Source of the DNA: Mobula hypostoma
Taxonomy: Eukaryota
Length of the DNA: 64,000 nucleotides
Direction: 5' to 3'
NCBI RefSeq assembly: GCF_963921235.1
Contig: NC_086108.1
Location: 104,286,001-104,350,000 of the forward strand
Below, one piece after another: positions 63,338 through 64,000 of the stretch. A program made the translations under genes and the position numbers. The notes beneath the pieces are model-generated. The model was not told the origin of the DNA, did no database searches, and was given only the letters and a program-made list of their open reading frames with translations. Every line of letters begins with the position of its first letter. Position 1 is the stretch's first letter.

Positions 63338-63863
63338 TACATAGAACATAAGAAATAGGAGCAGGAGTAGGCCATCTGGCCCATCGAACCTGCCCTGCCA
63401 TTCATTAAGATCATGGCTGATCTGTTTGTAAACTCAGCTCCATCTACCTGCCTTTTTCCCCAAAACCCTTAATTACCCTACTATGTAAAAATCTATCTCA
63501 CTGTATCTTAAATATATTTCGTGAAGAAGCCTCAACTACTTCCCTGGGTAGATAATTCCACAGATTCACCAGTCTCTGGGGAAAAATAGTTTCTCCCCAT
63601 CTCCGTCCTAAATCTTCTCCCCTGTATCTTGAGGCAATGTCCCCTAGTTCTAGTCTCACCTACCAATGGGAACAACTTTCCTATTTCTACCTTTCAAAAT
63701 TTTGTATGTTTCTATAAGATCCCCTCTCATTCTTCTGAATTCCAGAGAGTATAGTCCCAGGCGACTCAATCTCTCCTCATAGGTTAACCCCTTCATCCCT
63801 GGAATCAACCTGGTGAACCTCCTCTGCACTGCCTCCAAAGCCAGTCTATCCTTCCTCAAGTAT
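63338..63863 (-). mobile_element. CR1 LINE 3' end
   Basis: LEAVQRRFTRLIPGMKGLTYEERLSRLGLYSLEFRRMRGDLIETYKI; CR1 tail. Confidence 0.9.
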
Positions 63864-64000
63864 TAGGGGAGTGTAAATTGTCTTGAGTAGGTCAGGCAGC
63901 ACCTGCGGGAAGAGAAACTGTTGATGTTTTAGGTCCATGACTCTTCATCACTGCTGTAAGCAGAATCAGGTAAAATATCACCAGCACGTGTCATGAAATT

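Overview
Eukaryotic, repeat-saturated (intergenic or intronic) vertebrate DNA. The repeat mix of CR1-type LINEs, Penelope-like elements (PLEs), Rex1/Babar, RTE, L1/Tx1, chromoviral Gypsy and Tc1/mariner suggests a cartilaginous fish, probably a ray; that is an inference. I could not identify any host protein-coding gene. The long ORFs I could recognise are retroelement RT, endonuclease or integrase pieces. A CpG-rich island at about 55.6-58 kb carries a probable promoter and first exon (ATG CAA|gtaagc). The most notable system is a PLE family whose 3' terminal region carries a minimal type I hammerhead ribozyme (CUGANGA...GAAAC-GUC). It occurs as about 1 kb GIY-YIG-bearing copies, as TSD-flanked inverted-arm insertions, and as about 200-bp non-coding palindromic mini-elements. 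Other unusual structures are an in-frame CR1-L1 chimeric ORF, a Gypsy unit with two unrelated LTR-like heads under one TSD, and a nested-palindrome mariner derivative. All family assignments come from motif recognition, not database searches. Boundaries without a stated TSD are approximate.
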